From NCBI GenBank assembly GCA_964016885.1, contig OZ024743.1, forward strand, positions 37,944,001 through 38,008,000: a stretch of DNA of 64,000 nucleotides, given 5' to 3'. Position 1 is the first letter of the stretch. Every line of letters starts with the position of its first letter. Positions 42,449 through 56,261 of this stretch are shown here, one piece after another. The DNA comes from Eledone cirrhosa. Its lineage: Eukaryota. The position numbers and the translations under genes are program-made. Below the pieces are notes generated by a model that had not been told where the DNA came from, searched no databases, and was given only the letters and a program-made list of their open reading frames with translations.

Positions 42449-43942
42449 TCTATATATATAAAACTGTGGTTGTCTGTCTGTCTATCGATTTTTGGCACAC
42501 ATCTCCTCTTAGAATCTCTCACGGAATTGCACCGAAATTGCTATACTTGTACATTGAGCCCTAGCGAAGACATCGGAAAAAAAAAATTTCAAATTGACCC
42601 ACCCTATGTGACGAAATCGAATATAATGTAGCGATTTTTGAGCGTAAGTTATCAGTTATTTCCCTTTGTTCTGTTTACATTGAGCGTCTTACGTAAAAAA
42701 TTACGCTGGCTTTAACAGTTGTCGAGCCAGCAAAATATTGACCTGCAAAATTCATCAGTTCGAACACTAAGCTTCCGTTTTGCTTCATTTCCATTTAAAA
42801 GCATTTTAAAACAATATTTTTACTTGAAAACAAGTCTATTTAAAGACTACGTAAAACAAGCAAATATTTCGTCGTTAGACGTGCAGACAGACAGTCGTGC
42901 AGACAGACAGTCGTGCAGAGAGGTGATATACGCGTGCAGACAGATAGTCGTGCAGAGAGGTGATATAGGCGTGCAGACAGACAGTCGTGCAGAGAGGTGA
43001 TATAGGCGTGCAGACAGACATAACTGATAATTTGGTAACGCTAATGTTTTTCTCTGCGTTGCAGTGTTTACATTTTCGATCTTTGTTAATAAATAACCAG
43101 TGCAGTTTCTATCCCCAGCATCCTCTTTTGTTATAACATTCGGGTTATCGTTATGTTTTCTTAACTTCATAAGGCATATTGTTGGTTGAGGGAATATTAA
43201 TCAAAAACACCACATGCAAGTCTGCACAGTAGACACTACAGTTTTTAAGCCAAGAAAGAAACTTAACATTGTAACTTTTATTGACCTGCAAAATTCATCA
43301 GTTCGAACACTAAGCTTCCGTTTTGCTTCATTTCCATTTAAAAGCATTTTAAAACAATATTTTTACTTGAAAACAAGTCTATTTAAAGACTACGTAAAAC
43401 AAGCAAATATTTCGTCGTTAGGCGTGCAGACAGACAGTCGTGCAGACAGACAGTCGTGCAGAGAGGTGATATACGCGTGCAGACAGACAGTCGTGCAGAG
43501 AGGTGATATAGGCGTGCAGACAGACAGTCGTGCAGAGAGGTGATATAGGCGTGCAGACAGACAGTCGTGCAGAGAGGTGATATAGGCGTGCAGACAGACA
43601 GTCGTGCAGAGAGGTGATATAGGCGTGCAGACAGACATAACTGATAATTTGGTTACGCTAATGTTTTTCTCTGCGTTGCAGTGTTTACATTTTCGATCTT
43701 TGTTAATAAATAACCAGTGCAGTTTCTATCCCCAGCATCCTCTTTTGTTATAACATTCGGGTTATCGTTATGTTTTCTTAACTTCATAAGGCATATTGTT
43801 GGTTGAGGGAATATTAATCAAAAACACCACATGCAACTCTGCACAGTGGACACTACAGTTTTTAAGCCAAGAAAGAAACTTAACATTGTAACTTTAACAC
43901 AGCTACTGAGCGACCCCGAGCAACGCCGGGCTTTACTGCTAG
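42449..43942 (+). mobile_element. Non-autonomous Helitron with ~540-620-bp internal tandem duplication and 37-bp minisatellite
   Basis: 5' TC; 3' hairpin cccgagcaacgccggg then CTAG; inserted between A and T with no TSD; unit gtgcagacagacagtcgtgcagagaggtgatataggc. Confidence 0.92.
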
Positions 43943-44048
43943 TACCATTATAAATTTTAAAGGATTGTAAATAAAACGAGTAAATCAGACAAAGTTGGAA
44001 TTCCTCTTATTAATATAATTTTCTATACACAATCATACACACCCGTGT

Positions 44049-44152
<104 letters not shown>

Positions 44153-44218
44153 ATACACATAAACATATATTCATATAGGTATGTATAAATAAATAAATAA
44201 ATGAATATATATATACAT

Positions 44219-44352
44219 ATAGGAAAAAGTATGACCCCGACGGCAGAACTCAAGCCGTTTCGACGGTTAATTATGGACTAAATTCGAATTTAGTCCAGAA
44301 ATAGCCGTCTAAATGGCTTGAGCTCTGCCGTTGCGGTCATACTTTTTCCTAT
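44219..44352. repeat. 134-bp palindrome at the start of a short pLTR-like relic
   Basis: ataggaaaaagtatgacc...ggactaaattcgaatttagtcc...ggtcatactttttcctat. Confidence 0.9.
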
Positions 44353-44428
44353 TTCCAACTCTACCACCATAAGTATTGAGTACTCTGGTGCGTTATGATC
44401 CATCTGGTTCCTTATCACAATTCCTTCG

Positions 44429-44477
<49 letters not shown>

Positions 44478-44537
44478 ATTATTGAGTAAAATAACAGAGG
44501 ATGGACTGGTGAAATTCTTTCAAATATTTATTATAGC

Positions 44538-44599
44538 AAACACTATGTACATTTCAATGAGCAAGTTCCGTAAGATCCTGGTGACATCATCAGGTGTTT
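44538..44599 (-). ncRNA. Type I hammerhead ribozyme (family E; relative at 51107-51165)
   Basis: aaacac CUGAUGA ...stem II... GAAA UGUACA UA guguuu. Confidence 0.72.
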
Positions 44600-45297
44600 A
44601 TTGCATACAAGTTATATAATAAAGGAATAATTGTAACCACAATCCAAGAGGCTAAAAAACAGAGAAAAATGTTTTCTACTCGTAGGTAGTAAGGGCTAGT
44701 TGTCAGTTTGGCTGACCATCTTCGAGTAGGGATTCTCATCAATTTCGTTTTGCCGGTTTGGCTAGGGGGTTGTATTCTTAGTATGCATACTACTCCCACT
44801 CTCCCGGTTGGGGTAGGGGGTTGTATACGTAGTACGCCTACTACTACCACGTTAACACTCACAGCCATTTGGACACATGCTAGTGGTATAGGGGGTAAGG
44901 TTACAGAGAAAACAATTCCGTTGGGGTCAGCCTAAAGTACTATAAAAATATAGTGGACGGGACTAAATTAAGATCTAGAACCTAAAAGGTTTTAAGGCAG
45001 AATTTGAAGTTAAGATTAAAGATTAAGAATGAAAAGTTTAAAATTGAAAGATTTAATTAAAGAATTAGAGGAGGGAAGCATTTATGTAAAAATTCAAAAT
45101 ATCTTTGATAGTCATAAAAATGTTGTGTTCTATCACTGTGTCTTTGTGATGTAGAGAAATGAGTGTGGCTTGTCTTTCGTTAGCTACTGAAATAATGCCT
45201 TTATAGTCACCTCAAATTCATAAACCCACGAACACTTCCGGGTAGAGTCTCATACCGGGAATAGGGAAATTTCTATTATTTCCACGCACTCCAGGAA

Positions 45298-45395
<98 letters not shown>

Positions 45396-45542
45396 TATTT
45401 TCCGTTGTGTTGTAATATAAATATTACACACAGTAGATTATCAGCTCACGTAGAGTTTGCTCGACGGTTCCAGTTGTAGTTCCAAAAGTAATCCGGAGAA
45501 AAATAGAAAGATTTGAATGGATACAGTTTAGTTGAAAGGAAT

Positions 45543-45662
45543 TTATTGACACGTGTTTCTATAACAGTTACATAACCTAAAACAGCTGCTATCTACAAAC
45601 TTTTAGTTATGCAGACATTCAATATTTCAATGTTATTATTTACTGTCATTTCATCAGAATAA
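45543..45662 (-). ncRNA. Hammerhead ribozyme with ~90-nt branched stem II (3' pLTR)
   Basis: uuauu CUGAUGA a AUGACAGU...ACUGUUAU a GAAAC ACGU GUC aauaa. Confidence 0.82.
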
Positions 45663-46232
45663 TATTACTGAGGACCTATTTAGTTTTTATAGAGAATATT
45701 AGGAGGGAGGGGTGAAGTTGTTAGAAGAATAGTTGAAGGAGTGGTTTTTCGATAGCAGTGAGAATTCTTGGTGGCAGTGAGTAATTAGATTCCCATCTGT
45801 TGTTTTGACATTTTTTATAGAATATATTATTGGTTATTTTTCTAAATCTATAGAAGGATTAGAGATAGTAAAGATATGCGTGGTTGGTTTTGTGTTTGCA
45901 CTTAATTAACATTCAGACTTAAATTTTTCTTTCAAGTGTACGTATCCTTTCACCCACGCATTCACACACAAATATATTTGCACACCTCTACAAAATACAT
46001 ATACTCACAATTCACATATTCATACTTACATATATTTACACATGCATACACATATATATACACACATGTATTCATGTACATACATACGCGCTCATGTGTA
46101 TACATTTTCATACTCAACTTATCTTTATATACACACGTATAGACACACACATATATACATACTTACTCTAGTCCATGTGTACACACATACACATACATAC
46201 ACATCTATATACACATATATACATACATATAC

Positions 46233-46314
<82 letters not shown>

Positions 46315-46624
46315 ACACATATATATACACATACATATACATATATATATAAGCACTGTAATACATGAATACACTTACATCTAACTATACACATCAAACA
46401 TATATATATATATATTTACTTATTTATATACATTTTCACATATATATACATACTTATGGACGTTTTTAGACACATTCATTATCGCATATTTGCACCTATT
46501 CTCATCAGCATATCTTTCCATTATGAGTGTGGTAATTTAAGGTTATTAATATATGTTGAGAAGAGATTGTTTTTATATTTTTCTAGCTAGATTAATGTTT
46601 ATATAGTTGGGGGATGTCCCTCTT

Positions 46625-48945
46625 TTATGTAATAGTCGGCTTGTAGTGGGAAAAAAGGGTTTTAGTTCTGTGACGGCAGAATAATGTTCGTTCAATTCTG
46701 TTATTCAGCAGTTTCTTCTTGTGTGTGATTATGTAATAAATCTCAAGATTACACAATTTGCAGAAATTTTGGCTCCTGGAAAAGCTTTGGGTTTTAGCTA
46801 ATTTCTCCCATTTAGGGTAAACTTTTGATCGCTATCCCTGAGCGTCCAAGCTTTTTCTGCTAAAGTTGTTACATTTCTTTGGCTCTGGTGTTTTATTGAG
46901 TAAGAATGCCTATACAATCGAGATTTAAACGATGTTGCCGTTGATCCCACGTAATTCCACTCGTTGCCTCCGGATTTAATGGTACACTTATAAATAATAT
47001 TTTTTTCCAGGCAGTTATTGCCGAGGGGGCAGTTGTCAGGATAGGTGCAGTTACAGTTGTGTACGTTGGGTTTTCTCTGGAGTAGTATTGCGGACGAATT
47101 AGGTGTGGTTTATTTATGTTCTGTAGTGTATTGTCTACTGTTTTTTTTGTGTTCTTTGTACTTAAGTTCTTAGTGTTTTCGTTTAACCTTCTAGTATTGA
47201 TCTTTTTTATGTGTTGATCAAAGTTTAACGCTGTAGAGTATGACAGTCTTATAGTGGTAGGGTTTAGGATTTTGTGGTATTTGTGTGATGTGGGAAAATG
47301 TCTTTTAATTATTTTAAAGAAGTGTACTGGTAAATTTGTACTAATGGAACTATTGTATTCGGGGTTATACCATAAGTACTCTTTGCATCGCTTTCTATTA
47401 GTTTTGTTTGTTGGTTTACTGGTGTGCATACTATGGTAGTAAGTGTGGTTTGGTGTTGTGTTATTATATCTACCTATGTGGGATTTATTTTGAGTGTTTT
47501 GATTGTTCCCATCTATGTACTCTATTTTGTTGAGGTAGCCTGCTTTACTAAGGGCGTTATCGTAGTACTCGGCGTGTTCCTTAAATACTTGTATGTTAGA
47601 AGATAGACCCGAGATTTTAAGGGAAATATTTCTAGGGATAGATTTAATTATAGAGATGGGGTGGTTAGACCCAACATTTACGTATTTGAGATTTTCATTC
47701 AATTTATGAAACGGTTTAATCAAACCAGAGTTTAAATTGAGTGTGACATCCAGGAAGTTAACTACTTTAAGGTTGTATTCATATGTTATAGTTAGTCCTA
47801 TTTCGAGTAGTAGTTTTCTTATATCTTTGCGTAGTTTTTCTAGTTTTTGGTTATTAAGGTTTTTAGCTAGGAGGAGAACATCGTCGCGGTATATTCCGCC
47901 GTGGAGATTGCTGAATTTTTCCTGGAGTCTAAAGGCGATAAATAACCCCACAATATCAGTTATTTCCGCCGAATCGTTAGAGCCCATTGTTATGTCAAAG
48001 TTAGAGGGTCTATCTTTACGTACCCAATAACTGTTCTCAAATTTGACTATAGTTTTCCTAGCTTCTAATATAATCTTAATTTCATCGTTTGTAAGGTCAG
48101 AGTTATCCTTAGCAAACTTAATGGCTCTATTCAAAGTTTCAGGTGATATCGATGAGTAATATTCATCGATATCAAACTGGATAAACTTAGATTTATTCTT
48201 ATTGCTAATGCTATTAAACCATCTTATTGCTTCTTGGGTCTTCCCCCAGAGTTTAATGTTAACCTTAGCCTTAATTTAGGGGATGATTCTATCTAAGATA
48301 TATTTGCTTATTTTACCTATATCTGATTTAGAGGGGCAGATTAATCTAATTTTAGGGTCATTATCAAAGTTTACCTTGTGGTCCTTAAGATTGAAGGTGG
48401 GTACCGCCGGTAAGAGTGGTCCTGTCCTATCTTCGATTCCGAGATTTTTCACTACTTCACATGCCTCATCATTGATGTGCTTAAGGGTTACTTCACTCGT
48501 TTTTCTATATTTTTTATGTAATTCTTTTCGAATGAAGTTGTTGTATGTAGTGCAATCCATAGTGTACAGGTTTGATGTTTTGTCCGCTTTTACTACAATT
48601 CCTTTGGTGTTTTTAAGGTCGTCCAGTAGTTTTTTTTATATCTTTCTGTAATTTGCTGTTGGTGTTGCGTCCTTTGAATTTAATTTTAAGGATTAAGTTC
48701 ATAAGGTCCTGCTCAAATGCATCTAATAGTGGGTTGGTGGGTGGGTTTTTACAAGTCCTAAAACTGAATTTGTTGTTTACACCACTTTCTAATGTTGAGT
48801 TCATACGGCTTCTATCATAGTGGAGCGTTTTCCACCTGACACGTCGAATGAATTCATTAGTTTTTTGAATCATACTCAATAAATATTTCTTTCTACCTTG
48901 GGTTGGTATGTTTTTGAGTGACATATCCAGGTAGTGTTTTTCCAT
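46625..48945 (-). CDS. PLE RT and GIY-YIG protein, disrupted by frameshifts and a stop
   Basis: SLKNIP..FIRRVRWK; NLKDHKVNF..PKIRLICPSKSDIGKISK; FDIDEYY; FDITMGSNDSAE; GIYRDD; VNFLDVTLNL; CPL..CL..NIIYKC..YVGST; CKLCNLE; CRH. Confidence 0.9.
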
Positions 48946-49149
48946 TGTTGTGGTTGCGTTTGCTGTGTGGGTTGCTCGACTTTACAGGAGGTAAATATAC
49001 AGTATTTTCCGTTGTGTTGTAATATAAATATTACACACAGTAGATTATCAGCTCACGTAGAGTTTGCTCGACGGTTCCAGTTGTAGTTCCAAAAGTAATC
49101 CGGAGAAAAATAGAAAGATTTGAATGGATACAGTTTAGTTGAAAGGAAT

Positions 49150-49269
49150 TTATTGACACGTGTTTCTATAACAGTTACATAACCTAAAACAGCTGCTATC
49201 TACAAACTTTTAGTTATGCAGACATTCAATATTTCAATGTTATTATTTACTGTCATTTCATCAGAATAA
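49150..49269 (-). ncRNA. Same hammerhead ribozyme in the 5' pLTR
   Basis: Identical motif, offset 3607 bp. Confidence 0.82.
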
Positions 49270-49839
49270 TATTACTGAGGACCTATTTAGTTTTTATAGA
49301 GAATATTAAGAGGGTGGGGTGAAGTTGTTAGAAGAATAGTTGAAGGAGTGATTTTTCGATAGCAGTGAGAATTCTTGGTGGCAGTGAGTAATTAGATTCC
49401 CATCTGTTGTTTTGACATTTTTTATAGAATATATTATTGGTTATTTTTCTAAATCTATAGAAGGATTAGAGATAGTAAAGATATGCGTGGTTGGTTTTGT
49501 GTTTGCACTTAATTAACATTCAGACTTAAATTTTTCTTTCAAGTGTACGTATCCTTTCACCCACGCATTCACACACAAATATATTTGCACACCTCTACAA
49601 AATACATATACTCACAATTCACATATTCATACTTACATATATATACACATGCATACACATATATATACACACATGTATTCATGTACATACATACGCGCTC
49701 ATGTGTATACATTTTCATACTCAACTTATCTTTATATACACACGTATAGACACACACATATATACATACTTACTCTAGTCCATGTGTACACACATACACA
49801 TACATACACATCTATATACACATATATACATACATATAC

Positions 49840-49940
<101 letters not shown>

Positions 49941-50374
49941 CACACATATATATACACATACATATACATATATATATAAGCACTTTAATACATGAATACA
50001 CTTACATCTAACTATACACATCAAACATATATATATATATATTTACTTATTTATATACATTTTCACATATATATACATACTTATGGACGTTTTTAGACAC
50101 ATTCATTATCGCATATTTGCACCTATTCTCATCAGCATATCTTTCCATTATTAGTGTGGTAATTTAAGGTTATTAATATATGTTGAGAAGAGATTGTTTT
50201 TATATTTTTCTAGCTAGATTAATGTTTATATAGTTGGGGGATGTCCCTTTTTTATGTAATATTCGGCTTGTAGTGGGAAAAAAGGGTTTTAGTTCTGTGA
50301 CGGCAGAATAATGTTCGTTCAATTCTGTTATTCAGCAGTTTCTTCTTGTGTGTGATTATGTAATAAATCTCAAG

Positions 50375-51214
50375 CGTTAATCTCATGCCACAAGAAAAAA
50401 GAAAGGAAGAAGAGAGAAGGGGGAAGAAAGAAGAAGAGAAGCCAGGGTTAATGTCAGCTATAAGAAGAAAGACAGAAAGAAAGAGGAGGAAAGGTCGGTA
50501 TTACAGTCAGGCCAGGATTGTGGCGAAGACATTTTTTTATTTAGTCTGACATTAATATCGACCTTTCTTCCTCTTTCTTTCTATCTTCCTTCTTGTAGCC
50601 ATCAACCGTGACTTTACTACTTCCTCCTTTTCTTCCTTCTCTTCTCCCTTCTTTCTCTCTTCCTCCCGCAGACATATATTCCTTCCCCTTTTTGTTTGCC
50701 TATATTTGACCAGTAGTAGTTGTTTAGATACGGGTCCCGTAGAATAAAAAAATTCTTCGCGACAATCCTGGCCTGACTGCAATACCGACCTTTCCTCCTC
50801 TTTCTTTCTGTCTTTCTTCTTATAGCTGACATTAACACTGGCTTCTCTTCTTCTTCCTCCCCCTTCTCTCTTCTTCCTTTCTTTGTTTCTTTCTTTCTTT
50901 TTTCTTGTGGCATGAGATTAACGTTAACTTATGTTCCCATCCCTTTCTGTTTTCCTTTATCTGACCGGTAGTAGCACATTGTAAGCTTTAGCCACGTCAC
51001 TCGAGGGCGACCGGCTAAGGTAGAAGGTGCTGGATAGCGGTCGCCCTCGGGTCCTCGATTTTCAGGCCCATGGATTTTATCTATTACATTCACTTATTAT
51101 ATTTCGAATACCTGATGATATCACCGGATTCATACGGAACCCGGTCATTGAAATGATCAAAGTATAATAAACCTTTCAAGGATTTACACAAATCCAACCC
51201 CCTGTCATTTCATT

Positions 51215-51215
<1 letters not shown>
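50375..51215 (+). mobile_element. ORF-less PLE-derived element with 5' inversion (50375-50540 vs 50745-50923) and terminal HHR
   Basis: cgttaatctcatgccacaag/cttgtggcatgagattaacg; hairpin cgagggcgacc...ggtcgccctcg; HHR at 51107. Confidence 0.65.
51107..51165 (+). ncRNA. Hammerhead motif, family E (U16.1 mutated)
   Basis: auac CUGAUGA ..ACCGG..CCGGU.. GAAA UGAUCA AA guau. Confidence 0.62.
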
Positions 51216-51281
<66 letters not shown>

Positions 51282-51308
51282 ATACATATATATATAAATA
51301 TATATATA

Positions 51309-51399
<91 letters not shown>

Positions 51400-54176
51400 G
51401 AGAGAGAGAAGGGCGTGTGTTTGTGTGAGTCTAAAATATACTGTGCACCAGTATGACCAGAGTTATGATTAAATTCACTAAAAAACTATTAATCTGCTAA
51501 ACGTATGGGAAATGAAGAAATATAGAATAATTTCCAAATGTTTCGAATTATAATTCTTTTCAAGTAGATTTAATTCAATTAGTATGATCAATTGCTTCTG
51601 TTCAGTATCTACATACATACACATACACTTTCTCTCTCTATCACACACGTTCTCACGCAGAATCCCATATGTATATATATATATATATTTATATTTATAC
51701 ATCAACATATATCCATATACATATATATATCCATATATATATATCCATATACATTTATATAAATGTAATTGTGTGTGTGTATGTATATACATGTGTGTGT
51801 GTGTGCGTGTGCATGTGTGTGTGTATAAACATAGAAGAGAGAAGAGATCGGTAGATATCTGAATTATATATATATATATATCGTATATCTGCAGATATTT
51901 CATATATATATACATATTTGTGTGTGTACATTGCGTACACATATGTATACAGAAATCAATGTTTATAAGTGTATCCTACATATATCTGGATTTGTATTCA
52001 ACGCTATATTTGTTGCTGCGGGCCCATTGCGTTTATTATGTATACCAAGTATATCTACTTCATAGATAAGAAGTTCGACAATATGCTGAACGATATTCAG
52101 TCGTTATTTTAGCTATTATGTTAACAACTGACGTAAATCATGTATTTCAATTGATAAAATCCTCGTACAAAATGTTGGATCATTAAAGTAAAGCAAGTAT
52201 AAAACTAGAAGTATTAACTGAGAGACAGCAGACCCGAAATATATTCCTTCATTCTGATTGTATTAAGAAAATAATTATATGAAAATATCTTGGTCCCATC
52301 TCAGTACAAAGGAACTATATGTATATTTCTTAATGATATTTTATCATGGAATAGAATTGTAGGGGTTTTGTGGTTGAGTTTAACTTATGTTGTATGAACG
52401 TATCTCAATGTGCATTGGCGTTTACTGAGGATATCTGTTTCTAAACTGTTGTACTTCAGTGAAAACTATGCCCTATTTTGCTGTAATCGTTGATGGCATG
52501 TTTATGAATGATTGAAGAAACGAAAAGATCAATTTTCGAATCTTTTTTAAAAAGGTTTTCATTCAAATTCACATATTTTATTAGTTACATATCATATGAA
52601 GAATCTACTTTCTTTATTGAGAATATAGAATTACGTGTATATGGCAACCATGCTTTGAAACAATTACCTAATTGCTTTGTTAAGCCAGTATTATTTTTCC
52701 ACTCAATAATACAGTGGGCTTAAATATTGTTTGGGATTTATTTCATGAAATAGATGACAGAAAAAAAGTTTGTGCAATCTCCCCGAAAACAGTGTATTCC
52801 CTTAACACGTGAACGATGCATAATGTAATGCTGTTTTAGATATCCTTAAAATACCGCAAATCCCGACTGGAAATCATATGATATTAATATAGTTCGAAAA
52901 AGGGATGTGTAAGTCGAATAATGAACAAAAAACGAAGGACTTGAACACAATTCATCTGCCTCATTATGTAAGGCAGTTCGAAAATCTGACGAAGTTCCCT
53001 TTTGAAATATTAATTCTAATTTAATCATACGGCACACACGCCTTTCGAATTTTAGAATCCAAGGAAAGGCACCACCGGATCTAAACGAATTTCACGTGTT
53101 TCGTGTGCATGGCCATTTCCTTCGCTGCAGCATTTGTAGAACGGAACCTAAGTCATGTACGTTCCGCCTCTGTAGAAGAAAACATGGATGGCAAATCTTG
53201 TAACCGAGATGCATTCATTATGTATGAACTTTATTATTGCCATTCATCAACATATGTTTTCATAGATAGAACCTCGACAACAAAATATTATTATAAATGT
53301 TTTTTCAGGGATCACCCAATGGTGTTGAGGTTGGCTTGGACGCTTGCTGAATTTAGTTATAGCCATTTACATTCTTAGTTAAAATCCAATCGTCGTCTTT
53401 AATCATTTCCGGGATGATAAAATAAAGTAACATTCTTATACTGTGTCGATGTAATCACTGTTTTTCTGTCGATCGAATTGCTTTGTTTTTTGTTGCTGTT
53501 GTTTTTGCCTCAAATGCAAATCATTATTAACATTGATAATATTAAATTATTAAAATGCACTAAGAAGATTTTTTAAGTTAAAAAATGAAGTGGTTTTATA
53601 AGGAACTATTGGTTGAAGTGTGTTCGCGAGAGGCGTCTGATGTATTTCCTAACAGAAACACACAGGTCGAGGTACCTTGACACATTTTAAAAACGACGTC
53701 TCTTCAAAATTGATCATGTAATTTTTGGATTTTTCTCTTATTTCTATCTATACATTTAAAGTTAGGAAACAGCAAGAGGATAACATTCTCGTGCTGTATT
53801 CCAAATGACAGTGGCATAATTATCTGTTATATTGACAAAGGTGATTTATGAATGGATAGCTTGTGAGAAATATTCTATACAACAAAAACAAAAAAAAAAC
53901 AAAACAAAAAAAATCTCAGCTAACATCTAAAACGAAAACGCCTCATTTCCAGCCTGCTGTCACTTTTCTAAATTAATTCTCATTGACTTTAGGGGAAGAA
54001 CACCCAGATGCATGAGATATGATGAGTGATATATAGGATCAGTAGGCACGGGATTGGCTTTTAATAACAAATGGTATTTGGTTAGATATTTATTTATTGT
54101 TTTCTTTGCAACAACCACTATTATGTAAAATAACGAAAAAGTGTTGGTTTCATAAAACAATAAGGTTTTACACATG

Positions 54177-54560
54177 TACGAGGCCCCTCGAAATATTATC
54201 TGAACTTAGGCTAGAAAGGAAACCACTTACTTAATTCAATGAATGCTTGTTATTCTTCCACTCACCTAGTCCAACGGTCCTTCCATGTTTTCGAGCATCA
54301 CTCAAATGTTCCTTCCACATGAGCTCACAGTTCCACATGATGCCCTCTTGGCTCTGAAAGAGGGAACCGTTCAGTGACATTTTTATGTGAGGTAATGAAT
54401 ACATTTGTTTAACAAAATACTTTGGATCAGCTGCGACGAATGAGTTGGGGCGGTGTCCTCCCCCAGATGCTAACTGTTGCATCACAAACTCCTTGGGTGC
54501 CTTTTGAATAATACTGCTTCGTAACAGTTTACTCATTTGTTACGTATTCATGACACAAAC
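54177..54560 (-). mobile_element. Possible mariner-like DNA transposon relic
   Basis: TACGAGG-type terminus; adjacent sequence resembles antisense mariner transposase; decayed. Confidence 0.35.
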
Positions 54561-55024
54561 TTTCGTTAGCAAAAAATAATAACAAAAAAAAACAATAAAA
54601 AGCAAAAAACAAACAAACAAACAAAAAACAGGTAACATCACCTGATGTGTTGTTTGGATTTTGGCCACGATGGATGGTGATAGGTTTCATCCCCAGATTT
54701 AGTTACCATTGTATTCAGGAATTTAAGATACTTAGGAGTAGTATCGGCGAATTGAAATTGCGATGAATAAGTAGTAAAACATCTCATTTGCTAGTTGTCT
54801 TACAGCGGCCGACGCAACCAATGCGCTCGTCAGAAGCCATAAAGGACTCCATTCATTAGGACGCTTTTTTGACAACTCCTATGGACATAGGTATCAGTGA
54901 AGGTGATTTAGATGTTATATTCTTGGGCCATAAGCTGTAACGACGGACGTACGACACCTGGCGACACATTGTGTTCTGGTGCAAGACATTTTCCTTCGGA
55001 TTGCTTCATTCCACTCAACTAGAA

Positions 55025-55056
<32 letters not shown>

Positions 55057-55109
55057 ACATACACACACACACACACACACCCCACACACACACGCACACA
55101 TACATACAT

Positions 55110-55145
<36 letters not shown>

Positions 55146-55384
55146 GTATATTTAGAAACACACAGATACATGCGGACACACACATATATACATGAATGCA
55201 TCCGCACCCAACTGTGAGTTAAGGGTGCCAACTTCACCGATGTTGCTCAATGAATGACTGGGACAGACCAATCCAGTTGAACCAGACTGAACCAGTATCA
55301 GAGTTAAAAATACATTATGAAGAGAGAAGAAACATTTAGATATAATTAGTAATAAAATGTATCGTACCTAAACTGCTTCTAGAT

Positions 55385-55474
55385 TCCTCGACTACGTAGT
55401 TTCGTGGCATAAACAAAAACAATATATCATAAAGACATAGAGTCCTTGCGAGGTCTGCCGACTTATCAAGAGGA
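55385..55474 (-). ncRNA. Hammerhead ribozyme, U3-A8 core variant, branched stem II
   Basis: uccuc UUGAUAA GUcGGCA...UGCCAC GAAAC UACGUA GUC gagga. Confidence 0.8.
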
Positions 55475-55979
55475 TACCTCATTTTACTAGTCTCAAGAAC
55501 GCGTCTACACGACGTGAGAAAGAATCCCAAAAGGCGGAGGGGGAGATAGTCACGCGATATAACGGTCGAGAAACAGAGCTAAGCCTCTTATAACCCCGAA
55601 GAAAATACCACGGAGGCGGAGGGGGTATTTATATCGAGGCCGTAGAAGAGGTGGTGAAGGAGGCGAGAAGTATGAGTAATGGAAGCTTTCCAGCTGTCCC
55701 CACACTTCAAAGATTGCTCGACCAGAGGGAGTTATTAACAATATATTTAGAAACACACAGATACATGCGGACACACACATATATACATGAATGGATCCGC
55801 ACCCAACTGTGAGTTAAGGGTGCCAACTTCACCGATGTTGCTCAATGAATGACTGGGACAGACCAATCCAGTTGAACCAGACTGAACCAGTATCAGAGTT
55901 AAAAATACATTATGAAGAGAGAAGAAACATTTAGATATAATTAGTAATAAAATGTATCGTACCTAAACTGCTTCTAGAT

Positions 55980-56069
55980 TCCTCGACTACGTAGTTTCGT
56001 GGCATAAACAAAAACAATATATCATAAAGACATAGAGTCCTTGCGAGGTCTGCCGACTTATCAAGAGGA
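55980..56069 (-). ncRNA. Second copy of the U3-A8 hammerhead
   Basis: Identical, offset 595 bp. Confidence 0.8.
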
Positions 56070-56192
56070 TACCTCATTTTACTAGTCTCAAGAACGCGTC
56101 TACACGACGTGAGAAAGAATCCCAAAAGGCGGAGGGGGAGATAGTCACGCGATATAACGGTCGAGAAATATATATATGTATATATATATATG

Positions 56193-56223
<31 letters not shown>

Positions 56224-56230
56224 GTATATG

Positions 56231-56261
<31 letters not shown>

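Larger units (their letters stand above)
42157..44015. repeat. Palindromic pLTR pair (arms 42157-42338 and 42339-42448 plus 43943-44015), each arm with an HHR, right arm split by a Helitron
   Basis: Near-perfect reverse complement once 42449-43942 is removed. Confidence 0.9.
55148..56168 (-). mobile_element. Retrozyme-like 595-bp tandem unit (1.7 copies) with two HHRs
   Basis: 55148-55573 is near-identical to 55743-56168; no credible ORF; (TA/CA)n flanks. Confidence 0.75.

Noticed and set aside
42880-43640. 37-bp repeats as a CRISPR array
   Set aside because: Head-to-tail with no spacers, inside a eukaryotic Helitron
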